Counted from the stretch's first letter, positions 26,371 to 40,481 are shown. The stretch is DNA of 64,000 nucleotides from Chiloscyllium plagiosum (GCF_004010195.1 NC_057749.1:6439327-6503326); one strand, 5' to 3'. Numbers and translations: made by a program. The notes: a model not told the origin generated them from the sequence alone.

Positions 26371-27060
26371 TAGAGTCATACAGATGTCCAGCACAGAAAC
26401 AGACCCTTCAGTCCAACTTATCCATGCTGACCAGATATCCTAAATTAATCAAGTCCCATTTGCCAGCATTTGGCCCATATCCCTCTAAACCCTCCGTATT
26501 CATATACCCATCCAGATGCTTTTTAAATGTTGTAATTGTACCAGCTTCCACCACTTCCTCTGACAGCTTATTCCACACACGCACCACCCTTTCCATATAA
26601 AGGTTGCCTCTTAGGTCCCTTTTAAATCTTTCCCCTCTCACCTTGAACTTATGCCCTCTAGTTTTAGACTCCCCTACCTACCCTGTGGAAAAGACCTTGT
26701 CTGTTTAGAGTCAAGAGTGTGGTGCTGGAAAAGCACAGCAGGTCAGGCAACATCCGGGGTGCAGGAGAGTCGATGTTTCGGGCAGAAGCCCTTTCACCTT
26801 GTCTCTTTACCCTATCCATGCTGCTCATTATTTTATAAACCTCTAAAAGGTGAGCCCTCAACCTCTGATGATCCAAGGAAAACAGCTCCAGCCTATTCAG
26901 CCCCTCCCTATAGCTCAAACCCTCCAACCCTGGCAACATCCTTGTAAATCTTTTCTGCACCCTCTCAAGTTTCACAACATCCTCCCTGTAGCAGGGAGAC
27001 CAAAATTGAATGCAGTATTCCAAAAGTGGACTCACCAATGTCCTGAACAGCCAAAACATG
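26371..27060 (-). mobile_element. CR1 3' fragment interrupted by a short Penelope-derived insert (about 26703-26796)
   Basis: LLEYCIQFWSPCYREDVVKLERVQKRFTRMLPG; insert flanked by ACCTTGTCT. Confidence 0.88.
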
Positions 27061-27874
27061 AGTATATTTTCTTTTCCAATAACTGCACACGCACAGTCCT
27101 ACTGATCAGAACTAAATTCTGTTTTTCCTTCTTTAATGGGATGAGTACATCCCTGGCAATGCCAGCTTTTGATGTCCACTTGTAATTGCCTTCTGAGGGC
27201 AATTAAGAGTCAACCACATTGCTGTATGTTCTGGTGTCATATATGAACCAGACCTGGTTAGGATGGCAGATTTCCTTCTAGTTAGGTTTTTCCTGACAAC
27301 TTATGGCATTTTAATGGTCATTGTTATTGAGATAATCTTTCATTTCAGTTTCTTTTGAAAAAAAAAATTATATTGGACTTCTAGTCCAGTGACATTACCA
27401 CCACCTCTCCCTACGTGCATTTCACCAGTGCTCAGAAGGTAGAGATAAAAATTTTAATAAGTCAAGGCCACACTTGAATTGATATGATGCTTTGTTTCAC
27501 AGACAGGAAGTGAATGTACAGAGTATCATTCAAGATCAAATCTTACCTTGGAACTTCTTCAAGAACAAATAATACATTATCTCTATTATCAGGCTTACTT
27601 AGTCCTTCTTGCTCAATGTTGCTGCTTCTGACCTCAAGCTGGACATGTTTTCCGAAATTATGCTAAGCTTCCAACCAAGAATGAGCTGTTGTCTTTGAAT
27701 TGAATTGAACTGATTTGAAATGAATTAGCTTAATTCTCACATGTACATAAATGAGTGAAATGTTTACAGTCGCCACATTATAGCACCATCTGAGGTAGAA
27801 AGGTATCATAGTACAGATACTTAAGACCAAATTCTTAGGAAACTAAAAAAATTATAAAAGTAAAGAAATAAATA

Positions 27875-28095
27875 CAGGACGACCCCTGTGTCCGCGGAAT
27901 TGTTTTCCGCGGTGTCACTTACCCGCGGTTTACCACGGCTGGATCATATAAAAGGGAATGTTCTGGAACCAGGGAGCAGGAGGCTGCTGGGAAGGTATGT
28001 TTCCCACTGAACTCAATGGGTTCACTCCTATCCGTAGTCTCGGGCTTCCATGGTGGGTCTTGGAACGTAACCGCTGTGGGTAAAGGGAGCTACTG
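27875..28095. mobile_element. Tigger-like MITE (relative at about 41776-41985)
   Basis: ta|CAG...CTG|ta ends with imperfect inverted repeats and repeated CCGCGG; similar internal sequence near 41776-41985. Confidence 0.6.
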
Positions 28096-30520
28096 TAGTC
28101 AAGCATTATAGATAATAGGAATAAATTAGAAAAATAACGAAGTAAAAAAGTTCAAAATATCAGTCTTTCTGACCCCAGACCATGCCACCACGTAGCCTCT
28201 GTGCTGGAGACTGCCATCTGTACGGGACCCACCAATGTATGAGTTGCCCCTCTTCAGGTGCCATCGCTTCAGCGCTGGGCCCACACTCGTCCCACAAACA
28301 CGAGTCTCTGGCTCCGCTGCCGGGCTAGGCCACTGCTGGGTCATGAGTCCCATTTCAGCTGCAGATGTGCCTTGCCAGCGCCGCCATCTTGAAGAATCTA
28401 TTGCCACCATCGCTGCCATCCCCAAACATCGGGAGAATGACCTCGCTGCCACTGCCACAGACATGCACATGAATCTTTACCCATTCCTTCAGCCAATGAG
28501 AGAGCTGTCCTTCAGATTCTTGTCCAATGAACAATTCAATAGTTTGCCTTTCAAAGAAATGAACATCTTCTTCACTGGTTCTTGGAATGCAGATGTAAAG
28601 CAAACTTTCTGATGTTGAGTAAAGCAGACCATAGCCAATGCACCAGTTTGAGATAGACTGGTGAACTGCTGCAATGCTGATTTTTTTCTAACATTTTCAA
28701 TGCACCTACCATTTTAAAAAGTGCGTAATCATTATTTTAAAACTAATTCTTCAATGTAACTCAGTCTAAATATTGTCTATGAAAACAGAAATGCAAACCA
28801 ATCCATGAGACATTAATACCCATTATCATGTGAAATTGTGTCCAGATCATAAGTCTGAAGGGAAGGGGACACAAAGCACATTGGAAATCCCTACCATGAA
28901 TACTGTGGGTTCATATTTCTCATTCGACAAAATTGTAAACTGCAGAATTGGACCCTATAGAACTTCCTGTATGGAACCATGATAGAACAGCAAAAATAAA
29001 GCATCAAAACTCTTCCAACGTTCCCAAGGATGGAAGGAGACTGGAATAGGAAGGTGGTTAATGGGAGATGGAGTTGAGTCTCAGGCAGCAAAGTGAAATT
29101 GCCCAGCTGGTTAATTTAAAATGTTGGGATAACTACAGAAAGTGTAGGAAGGACTCAACAGGTCTGGCAGCATCTAGAGAGAGAGAAATAGAGTTAAACT
29201 GTGAAGTCTGATATCATTCTTCTGACTTCTTTCAAAGATTTTCACAGGGTGGGTGAGGTTAAGAGCTCTCTGGAGTTGACCAGACATAACATGGTTAGAT
29301 TAGGGGCAGCAGGGTTGAAACAGTTGTAGTCAATGCAAAAAAAGTGAAAGTTGGACCAAAATGAAAGCAACTGGACAAAATCTTTTCAATCTGTCTTTCC
29401 TGGGTCAGCCACATTACTGTGGATCTGACGTCACATGTACAAAAGATGAATTTATGCAATGGGGAGGCGATGGCCTCGTGGTATTATACCCGGGCTATTA
29501 ATCCAGAGACCCAGATAATGGTTTGGGAAAACTGGTTTGAATCTCACCATGGCAGGTAGAGTCATAGAGATGCACAGTATGGAAACAGATCCTTCAGTCC
29601 AATCTGTCCATGCCGACCAGATATCCCAACCCAATCTAGTCCCACCTGCCAGCATCCGGCCCATATCCCTTCAAACCCTTCCTATTCATATACCCATCCA
29701 AATGCCTCTTAAATGTTGCAATTGTACCAGCCTCCACCACTTCCTCTGGTAGCTCATTCCATACAAGTACCACTCTCTGTGTGAAAAATTTGTCCCGCAG
29801 TGAATTCAGTTTAAAAAGAAATCTGGAATTAAGAGTTGCATGATGATCATGAATTGATTGTTGGAAAAACCCTGTTGGTCACTATCGTCCTTGAGGATAG
29901 GTAAGAATGGCCTACATGTGACTCCAGACCTACAGCAATATGATTGACTCTTTACTGGGTAAGATGGCCCAGCCAGAGATGGCCTCATCCCCTGAGTGAA
30001 TTAAAACAAAAGCAAGCTCCCACCAACAACACCGTGGTAATAGCAAGGTAATCTGTTTCTGTGATATCGATTGAAGGTTAAATATCAATTTAATCATGAG
30101 TGCCAATGTTGCACAAGGTAATAGTACTGAAGGAATTACTCTTAAGCTATATGGAGTTAAGTCCAACCTGACAATGTCACACAGTCATTGGGTGGTGAAA
30201 AAGTCTTACCCAAAACCTCGATGGAAACAGACATGACAGACCTGACTCCTCATAGTTGGAATTATGCCTAACTTGTGAATGTTAATTTGTATCTTTCCTG
30301 CTATAAACTATACATTGATAAGTAAGTTCCTCTTCTTGTTCAGGCTTTATACTAGTCTAACCTCTACCATTGATAATTAGATTCAGTATGGAAAGGTATA
30401 CTGGACTGGTAGGTGTAGTAATTGAAACAAGGTCAGCCAGGTGGACCTCATACAATATGAGGTGCCTGATTGGGGGTTTAATCTGGTCTAATTAGGGAGC
30501 CCTGGCGAACAGATAGAAGT

Positions 30521-30648
30521 GGAGAAAGTGAGGACTGCAGATGCTGGAGATCAAAGTTGAAACTTTATTGCTGGAACAGCACAGCAGGTCAGGCAGCATC
30601 CAATGAACAGGAGATTCGACGTTTCGGGCACAGGCCCTTCTTCAGGAA
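30521..30648 (-). mobile_element. Short Penelope-derived insertion with 10-bp TSD
   Basis: AGATAGAAGT at 30511-30520 and 30649-30658; hammerhead core on the minus strand. Confidence 0.8.
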
Positions 30649-31624
30649 AGATAGAAGTAGAAGGTGAGAGGTTCTGCTCACACTAGGAGCCAGTTCTGAG
30701 CCAGCTGGGTCAGTGCCATATAGTATGTAAGTGTAAATAAAGGGTTATTTGGTGACGGGATACCGGCCTCTGTGGAGTTATTGCACTTGGCACTGCAGGG
30801 GCTGGGCTGCATCATCACCCTGGACAATGACATTTTGATTTCGTAAGCTGCTGCTTCCTTATACGTTCCTATTAACCATTCATTTGTATTTTCATTCCAG
30901 TGCCCCATCAGGGTTTTTTTAACCCAATGTTAGGAAGAAGGACTGGTGGTAGCAGACTACCCCAGCAGCAAACTGCAAGTATATGTGAACCAGAAGATAG
31001 GATGTGGTGGCTGCAACAGATATGATAGACAACTCTCCCCCTCATTCCCAAAATAGTGACATGGAATTTTTTACATCTGCCCAAGAAGGCAAATCATAGA
31101 ATCCCTATAGTGTGGCAACAGGCCATTTGGCCCAACAAGTCCACACCAAGATGAAGCTTTAGTTTTACCATCTGAAAGATACAATACTGTCAGAGGTGCT
31201 ATCTCCTCAGTACATTAGTGTATTCAGGTGTCAGCTTTGATTTTTATGCTGAAGTCCGATTTGTGAACCTACAATATTCTGATACAAGGGAAGAGTGCTA
31301 TTAGTTGAGCCACAGTGTATAGTTCTCAAGTGGCATTCTGAGCCAGATGATTGTGGAATCAAGCCCCAATTCAGAGGATTGGACCCTTGAAATAGGCCTA
31401 TGTCTCACCACAGTTCTGGAGGACGGTGAAGCATTCAGAGGAGCTGAGTTCTGATGAGACATTAATAAAAGGACCTGCCTACCCTCTTAAGTCGTAACAA
31501 AGCATTCTGCCACCGCATTCTAAGGTAAGGGTGCTCCACCCAATTTTCATCCTTCAATCGACATCAATAACAAATCCCACCATCTCGTCATAGTGACTAA
31601 GTTGTTTGTGGGATCTTGCTGTGC

Positions 31625-32305
31625 CTAGGGTTGGAAGGTTTGAGCTATAGGGAAAAGCCAAACAGGCTGGGGCTATTTTCACTAGAATGTCGGAGGCTGA
31701 GGGGGCGACTTTATAGAGGTTTATAAAATCGCAAGGGGCATGGATAGGGGGAAAGGTCTTGTTCCTGGGGTGAGGGAGTCCAAAACTAGAGGGCATAGCT
31801 TAAAGGTGAGAGGGAAAAGGTTTAAAAGAGACCTAAGGGACAGATTTTTCACACAGAAGGTGCTGCACGTATAGAATGAGTTGCCAGCAGAAGTGGTGGA
31901 GGCTGGTACAATTACAACACTTAAAGCATATCTAGATGGATACATGAATAGAAGGGTTTAGAGGGATGTGGCAAATGGAATTAGAATAATTTAGGATCTC
32001 TGGTCTGCATGGATGAGTTGGATCAAAGGGTCTATTTCCATGCCATACATCTCTAAGACTCTACATTGATTGCCAACAGAGATTGCACTTCAAAAGTACC
32101 TACCATAAAGTAATTGAGATGTACAGCATGGAAACAGATCCTTCAGTCCAACTCGACCATGCCGACCAGATGTCACAACCCAATCTAGTCCCACTTGCCA
32201 GCGCCCTGCCCATATACCTCCAAACCCTTCCGATTCATATACCCATCCAGATGCCTTTCAAATGTTGCAATTGTACCAGCCTCCACCACTTCCTCTGGCA
32301 TCTCA
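31625..32305. mobile_element. Two CR1 3' fragments (plus about 31625-32063, minus about 32112-32305)
   Basis: CR1 C-terminal and 3'UTR sequence as in 35940-37212. Confidence 0.85.
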
Positions 32306-33806
32306 TTCTTCACTGGTCTTAAAATGCATTGGGATATCCTGCAGTTAAAGGCAGCACCACACAAATGCAAGACTTTCTTCTCCAACCTTTGCTTTCAGCT
32401 CTTGGCTTTACCCTGTGGTGCAAGAATTACTGACTTGTTACAAACTGCTGCACAAATGACAACATCTCTGGCTAGCTGTTAGCTGTTTAACCACTTCACT
32501 CTTTGTGTTTTCTCTGACACAGAACCTGAGGACTCAAAACTGTAATGAACACGTGGGAAAATATGTATTTATAAAATCCACCTGATCCTTGTAAGAGGAT
32601 AATGGCTTAACGTTTAACTGGACACGATTATCCAAATAAAATGAATCCGTGCTTGTAATAATTTCCAAAACTCGAATAGCAATCATCAGATACATGTTGA
32701 AAATATTTTTAAAATATGTTTACTTGTCTAAATGTAATAATAAAACATGACATTTCATAAGAATGAGCTATAAGGTGTGAATGTTTGCTCATTAGAATTT
32801 ATGTTGAAACAAGCCTTTAAAAGGAATAAAAATTAATCTACATTTTCTTTATAGAACATAGAACATAGAACAATGCAGCGCAGAACAGGCCCTTCGGCCC
32901 TCAATGTTGCGCCGACCTGTGAACTATTCTCAGCTCATTCCCCAACACTATCCCAAAATCATTCATGAGCTTATCTAAGGATTGTTTAAATCTTCCTAAT
33001 GTGGCTGAGTTGACTACATTAGCAGGTAGGGCATTCCACGCCCTTACCACTCTCTGCGGAAAGACAGAGACAGACAGTACAAAATCTGCTCTTGAATTGT
33101 CCCACATTAACACAGTATGGATATTTTGAAAAGGCTACTCATACATAGTCATGCTTACTGCTTTAGATCTATACTTACACTTTGGTATTACTTGCAGCAT
33201 TGCCCATCACAGATGACCGGTTACAGTAACTCTGCAACTTTTAAAACATTTGAAATATTAGTCACTTTCATACAGGAGAAACACTCAAGGTTCAGATGAC
33301 TCTAGCACCAATTAGAGCTGCATCGGGGGGGGGGAACATTTGATTGACATACCTGGCCAGCCAATAAAAGTTGAAATCTTCAAGAATCTTGATTGACATT
33401 TTAAACCACCAATAGGTGGACACAACCAATAAACAGGGTTAGAAACAGAAACCGCTGGAAAGGTTCAGCAGGTCTGGCAGCAGAGAAGTCAGAGTTAACG
33501 TTTCGTATCCAGTTATCCTGCTTCAGAACATTCTGGGATTGTGCTGAACAGACTTTAAATAATGAGTGCAGGAGTGAGTCAGTCCTGGTTCTGTAGTTGA
33601 GAAAGGAAATAACTGCAGGCTGACAGATGTTACAATGATGTCAAGCTCCTTCATTGCTTTTGCTGGAAACCCGGACTTTTCGTTTTTTGTTGAAAATGTG
33701 TTGATGGCATGTGTACGTGGGTATTTGTTACCCAAGAAATGAGTGAGCCACTTCAGAGGACGGTTCAGAGTCAATTGCATTTTCATAGGACTGTAGTAAC
33801 ATGGAT

Positions 33807-33981
33807 AGGCAAAAGTGAGGACTGCAGATGCTGGAAACCAGAGTCTAGATCAGAGTGGTGCTGGAAAAGCACAGCAGGTCAGGCAGCATCCAAGGAGCAG
33901 GAAAATCGACGTTTCAGGCAAAAGCCCTTCATCAGGAATCCAAAGCCTGCTGTGCTTTTCCAGCACCACTCTGAACTAGAC
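33807..33981 (-). mobile_element. Short Penelope-derived insertion with partial inverted arm and 17-bp TSD
   Basis: ACTG(T/G)AGTAACATGGAT at 33790-33806 and 33982-33998; minus strand reads CCTGATGAAGGGCTTTTGCCTGAAACGTC. Confidence 0.8.
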
Positions 33982-34900
33982 ACTGGAGTAACATGGATGC
34001 CAGACGAAAGTCGCGGATTTCTTTCCTGAAAAAAATCAGATGGGTTTTGTTTTTAACAACAATGGGTGGTTGTTGCAATTGTCACCATTATTGACAATCA
34101 TTCAATTGCAGGTATTAATAATTTAATTTAGTGAAATAACTAACTCTGCCATCAGCATTGTGGGATTTAAGCCCATGACTTCAGAACATTCACCGCAGTC
34201 TCTGGATTGATACTTCACTGATATAATCATTACATTGACTTCAGGTGGAAATTGGTAGTATTCTGTTTTCATTTCCCCACTCACACGCAAACTCGATCTA
34301 CCATCAGGAGTCTGAGCATTGTGTGTGATTTCTGATTATATTTTCCATTCTTTTACTTTTTTATTTTGTATATTAATCTGAATGGGTTGTCACATTTGCC
34401 ACTTGCCCGCCAGCCTTCAACAAACTTGTGATGTCGATGAAGCGGATTTGGGTTAATCACATTCGCAACATTTGAACCCATCAGAGAACTCAGGGGTGAC
34501 ATTTGTATGACATGGTACAGGGGTGTCAACCTTCCAGCTGTCTGAGTGAACCGTGATGAGGCTTTCAGGTCAAAACTCTCTAGAGCTGAAGGTAGTTAAA
34601 ATGAGTCAAAAGGAAGACTTGACCAACTTTCATGCTCTTAGGACACCCTAAATAAGTATACGAAAAATGATGAATCTTTGAAGTGCTGTCCCAATAGAAG
34701 AGATGTAGCAGCCAGTTTACACACAGGCACCTCCTCATGTAGCAATTGATAATGGGCTGGCTGGGGATTAAGACTGATAGAGTCATAGAATCCCTACAGT
34801 GCAGAAGCAGGCCATTCAGCCATTTGGGTCCACACCGACCCTCCGATAAGCATCCCATCCAGACCCCAACCCCATTTCCTATCCCTGTATCCCTGCATTC

Positions 34901-35350
34901 CCATAGCCAATCCATCTGACCTGCACATCCCTGGACAGTCCGGGACAATTTCTCATGGCCAATCCACCTAACCTGCACATCCCTGGACAATGCGGGACAA
35001 TTTCTCATGGCCAAGCACCTAACCTACACATCCATGGACACCTCAGGACAATTTCTCATGGCCAATCCACCTAGCCTGCACATCCCTGGACAATGTGGGA
35101 CAATTTCTCATGGCCAATCCATCTGACCTGCACATCCCTGGACAATGCGGGACAATTTCTCATGGCCAAGCCACCTAACCTGCACATCCCTGGACACCTC
35201 GGGACAACTTCTCACAGCCACTCCACCCAGCCTGCACATTCCTGGACATCGCAGGACAATTTCTCATGGCCAATCCACCATGCCTGCACATCCCTGGACA
35301 CTACGGGCAATTTAGCATGGCCAATCCACCCTAACCTGCACATCTTTGGA
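34901..35350. repeat. 52-bp minisatellite (7 full and 2 partial units) expanded inside a SINE
   Basis: Unit ggacaatttctcatggccaatccacctaacctgcacatccctggacaatgcg; lies within a minus-strand SINE whose tail starts near 34780. Confidence 0.92.
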
Positions 35351-35633
35351 TGGGGAAAATCTCTATGCTTACCTTCAAAACAATAGAGTGTGATCTTTTA
35401 AATCTAACTGAGAAGTTAGGCTTGTTTAATTTTATAGTAAAGATAAATGGCACTTCCGACAGTGCAGTGATCTCTCAACGCGATCTTAAAGCATCGGCTG
35501 AAATAACTTGCTCATATTCCTAGACTGGGGCATATCCCTAAAATTTGAGTATCACTGAAAAGAGAGACATATGTTTTGCATTTTATACTCATCAAGATAG
35601 AAGAAAGCAATGCAAAAATGTCAAATTCTCCAC

Positions 35634-35809
35634 CGAGTAGAAGTGCCAGTGTTGGACTGGGGTGGACAAAGTTAAAAATCATACAACACCAGATTATAGT
35701 GTAGCAGGTTTCAGAGCTAGTGATTCCAAACTAGCACTCAGCAGTGCTTTAAAAACTAGTGCTCCCAAATAAACCTGTTGGACTATAACCTGGTATTGTG
35801 CGATTTTTA
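35634..35809. mobile_element. Palindromic short element, ccaacaggtttatt family, with 11-bp TSD
   Basis: AAATTCTCCAC at 35623-35633 and 35810-35820; inverted arms. Confidence 0.72.
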
Positions 35810-35939
35810 AAATTCTCCACAAGAAAAGGGCAATGTTCAAGCCTTCCAATTTTTACTGATTTTCTCTATTGCTTGGGGAACGGACAATTTCCCTGTTGTT
35901 TGCCCCATAGCAACATTTTGGCTATTCCAAGTCAACTTG

Positions 35940-37212
35940 CTGATTAATCAGCACTGTTTTCTCAGGAAATCATGTCTCACAAACTTGATTGAGTTTTTTG
36001 AGGAAGTAATAAAGAGGATTGATGAGGGCAGAGCGGTAGATGTGATCTATATGGACTTCAATAAGGCATTTGACAAAGTTTCCCATGGGAGACTGATGGG
36101 CAGGGTTAGATCTCATGGAATACAGGGGGAACCCGCCATTTGGATACAGAACTGGCTCAAAGGTAGAAGACGGACAGTGGTGGTGGAGAGTTGTTTTTCA
36201 GACTGGAGGCCTGTGACCAGTGGAGTGCCACAAGGATCGGTGTTGGGTGCACTACTTTTCATCACTTATATCAATGATTTGGGTGTAAGCATAAGAGGTA
36301 TAGTTAATAAGTTTACTGATGAAACCAGAATTGGACAGCGAAGAAGGTTATCTCAGATTACAATGGGATCTTGATCAGATGGGCCAATGGGCTGAGGAGT
36401 GGCAGATGGAGTTTAATTTAGACAAATGTGAGGAATTTGGGAAAGCAAATCTGAGCATGACTTATACACTTAATGGTAAGGTCCTAGGGAGTGTTGCTGA
36501 ACAAAGAGACCTTGGAGTGCAGGTTCATGGCTCCTTGAAAGTGGAGTTGCAGGTAGATAGGATAGTGAAGAAGGCATTTGGTATGCTTTCCTTTATCGGT
36601 CAGAGTATTGAGTACAGGAGTTGAGAGGTTAGGTTGCGGCTGTATAGGACTTTGGTTAGACCACTGTTGGAACATTGCGTGCAGTTCTGGTCTCCTTCCT
36701 ATCAAAAAGGTGTTGTGAACTTTGAAAGGGTTCAGAAAAGATTTACAAGGATATTGCCAGGGTTTGAAGGTTTGAGCTATACAAAGAGGTTGAATAGGCT
36801 GGGGCTGTTTTCCCTGGAGCGTCGGAGGCTGAAGGGTGACTTTATAGAGATTTACAAAATCATGAGGGGCATGGATAGGATAAATAGACGAAGTCTTTTC
36901 CCTGGGGTGGGGGAGTCCAGAATGAGAGGGCATAGGTTTAGAATGAGAGGGGAAAGATATAAAAGTGACCTAAGGGGCAACGTTTTCACTCAGAGGGTGG
37001 TACGTGTATGGAATGAGCTGCCAGTGGAAGTGGTGGAGGCTAATAAAATGGCTACATTTAAAAGGCATCTGGATGTGTATATGAATAGGATGCGTTTGGA
37101 GGGATACGGGCCGGGTGCTGGCAGGTGGGACTAGATTGGGTTGGGATATTTGGCCGGCATGGACGAGTTGGACCAAAGGGTCTGTTTCCGTGCTGTACAT
37201 CTCTATGACTCT
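35940..37212 (+). mobile_element. CR1 LINE, 5'-truncated (RT domain to 3'UTR)
   Basis: KSCLTNLIEFF, VDVIYMDFNKAFDKV, SGVPQGSVLG, LERRRLKGD and FTQRVVRVWNELP, with frameshifts and stops; ends in ctctatgactct. Confidence 0.95.
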
Positions 37213-39187
37213 TAAAGTATAAATTGTAGCAATTAATTGAAATTTGGCATTCTTGCATTTGTCCTGATGGGTTTAAGATGAAAAGTAATGGTAACCAAAT
37301 TCTCTTTTCAGCAAAATTTAAGTTCGCTGCTGGCAAGAAACTCTTTATGACTTGAAGGTTTTCTCAGTCAAGGTGAAATGCTCCCATTGAGCCAGCCTGA
37401 CACTTAGCTCCCATGTACAGTAGATACATAGCCTAAATGTGGGGACAAGGTGCCTTCAGGGTCAAGTGACTCTCTCCAAATTCACCAATGAGAGAGAATG
37501 TTGGATCAAGCTCCAATTAGTCACTGCAGGACTGACCAGTGAGGTTCTTGTGAATCACAAGCCTCAATACTGAAGCCCCCACCCCATCACCGTCAGATTA
37601 AGCCAGACAATCAGAATCTGACAGCTTCTGGGTCCTAAAGAGCATCTCTCAAGCGTTATGCTTTGGAGTCATAGAATCACAGAAAGCATGGAAACAAACC
37701 CTTCAGTCCAACTCGTCCATGTCGACCAGATATCTGAACGTAATATAATCCCACTTCATGGAGTTATACAGGATGGAAACAGACCCTTCGGTCCAACCAG
37801 TCCATGCCGACCATAATCCCAAACTAAACTAGTCCCATGTGCCTGCTCCTGGCCCAGATCCCTCCAAACATTTCCTAATCATGGATTCATCCAAATGTCT
37901 TTTATAAAATCGCAAATTGTTTTTGTTTTTCCTGCATGTCAATAAAACAAAATGGAAAAAAAAATCTTAAATTAATAAGCTATAACGACTATAATAACTG
38001 TTAAAAAAAAGCTATAACAAATCTTTAACTAAGCCTGTAATCCCTGGAGCAGCTGCAAGATCCATGCTGCTAATGTGGATTAGCCAAGAAGTTAAATATT
38101 TTACTTTCAGATCTTGTGGAGTATGGTTCACCCATACTTTCCATCCCTTGTCCCCACCCTCTCAGATTGGGGCTAGTGGAGGCTCCCCAGCCCAACCCAG
38201 AAGTTAGGCCAGACAGAAAATCAGTCACTGTTCTAGCCTGTTGGACAGGCTTTCAGTGTAGGTTAGGTGATTGTTAATTGATCACGTAAGGGCCTTTATT
38301 GGTGGCAAGCTGAGAAGTGTACACGTGGAAATTCTCACCCAGCAGTTAATTGCTGAGGCAAGATGGGGGCAGGAGGTGGACAAGTATTTCTCTGAGGGCC
38401 AATCATTTGCCCTCGTGCCACCTCCATGGAGGACATAATGGTGCACATAGTGCTCAAGGGGTTAGAATATGCAATTGTGATAGAAAATGAAAGTTGAACA
38501 GAGCAATGCTGGGTGAACACTATTATGTGACCAACCAAGTTCCTGCTTTGGGATGTAATGGTTATATGGCAAGGAATTTGGAAGGCAGACAGGTTATGAA
38601 TTGTAGAAACGTCACAGTCTTGAAATAGGCCCATTCAGCCTATTGTGTCTGTGCTAGCTGAGTGAAAGAGCCACTCATTCTAATTTCACTTGCCAGCCCC
38701 TGGTCTACAGCAGGTTAGACCACCTCACGGATAGATCCAGGTTCCCTTCAAATGATTGGAGGGTTCCTGCCTCAGTCACCAAACTGGACAGTGAATTACG
38801 GACACCCAGCATTCTCCATGGGGAAAATGTTTTTACCTCATACACCCTGTACTCCTTCCAACAATTACCATGATATACCTCTCCACTTGAGAAAACATGC
38901 CTTTCCCATTCACTCTCTCCATGCACCTCATTATTTTGTCCACCCCAAGTTAGACAGTCCTCAACCTCCTAAGGAAAACAAGCCTAGGCTGTCCAATCCT
39001 TCCTCAAGGCCATGCAACATTGCTGTCAATCTCCTCTCTCTCGAGTAATTAAGACCTTCCTATAAGGTGATGGTTGGAACTGTACATAAAACCTCAGTTG
39101 TGGCCTAACCTGTGTCTTGTGTAGCTCCAGCATTATATTCCTGCTTCTGTGTTGAGTACCTTGCCCAGTAAAGAAAGGTGTCTCATA

Positions 39188-39404
39188 CAGGTGGTTCTTC
39201 TATAACTCGGTAGTTGCATTATTGTGCAACCCCACACTATAGAAAAATCGTGCTTTAGAAATAGCGCTTAAAGTGTCGGCGATGTAATTGCATTACAGCC
39301 AACACAAGTTTTAAAAGTTTGCGCTTTAGAAATTGTCCCCAATTCGTCAATCACGTTACAGCGAATTTGCGTTAACGAAACACGCTTTATAGCAGAATGA
39401 CCTG
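39188..39404. mobile_element. Tc1/mariner-type MITE
   Basis: ta|CAGGTGGTTCTTCTATAA and TTATAGCAGAATGACCTG|ca imperfect terminal inverted repeats. Confidence 0.65.
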
Positions 39405-39613
39405 CATCTTGAAACATCTTTGAGAAAGCATCTGTCTCCATTAATCTATCTCTGCTGATAGATTTGGGGAGTGAGCGCTTTCTTTGAATGGAAAGACAAC
39501 ACTTGTAGGACTAACTCCCTGGAATGTGAGCTATCACATCACTAGGTTAAGAAGAAGTTTAGCATTCTTACCTAAATTGTTCAGACCATTGAGTATAGGA
39601 ATTGGGACATCAT

Positions 39614-40392
39614 AGGTTTGCTCGCTGAGCTGGAAGGTTCGTTTATTTTGAAGTCCGCCGATTTCTGAGCAACAAACCCCAACAAGCAGATAAAACACGT
39701 CCAGAAACCCTAGCCACTCTCCCCTACATCAAATTCATCTCGGAAACGATCACCAGACTACTCAGACCCCTTAGCATCATGGTAGCCCACAAACCCACCA
39801 ACATAATAAAACAGCAGCTAATGAACTTGAAAGATGCTATACAGACAACAAGCAAAACTAACGTAATTTACAAAATCCCTTGTAAGAACTGTAACGAAGA
39901 CTATATTGGACAAACAGGCAGAAAACTAGCCACCAGGGTTCATGAACATCAACTAGCCACAAAATGACATGATTAACTCTCACTAGTATCCCTACATACA
40001 GATGAGGAAGGACACCACTTCGACTGGGACAACACATCCTTCCTAGGACAAGCCAAACAAAGACATGCACGAAAATTCCTAGAAGCATGGCATCCCAACT
40101 GGAACTCTATCAACAAACACATTGGCTTGGATCCCATTTACCACCCTGTGAGAAAGAGAACAGGAAATGACATCACCATAGGAAATTATGTCACCACAGG
40201 AAATTACATCACCAACCCTAGGAAACTCAAACATATAAATAGAAAATGGACTACACCACCAGTGCATCATTCGAAGGTTCATTGAAGATGTTACCTAGCA
40301 TGGTGATAAAACATCTGAAAACAAACCTTACAGCTCAGTGAGTAAACCTGCATCCAGTACCTCAACCTGACATACAAATCTTCTCAAAACTC
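39614..40392 (+). mobile_element. Penelope-like element 3' part (GIY-YIG endonuclease plus pseudo-LTR) with 13-bp TSD
   Basis: ORF has NVIYKIPCKNCNEDYIGQTGRKLATRVHEH. TSD ATTGGGACATCAT at 39601-39613 and 40393-40405. The 5' 30 bp are an inverted copy of about 40320-40349. Confidence 0.92.
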
Positions 40393-40481
40393 ATTGGGAC
40401 ATCATGTTGAGGTTGTACAGAACATTGATGAGGGCACTTTTGGAGTACTGCGTACAGTTCTGGTTGCCCTGACATAGGAAG

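Noticed and set aside
34901..35350. CRISPR-like regular array
   Set aside because: Units are head-to-tail with no unique spacers, derive from a SINE, and the context is eukaryotic with no cas genes.
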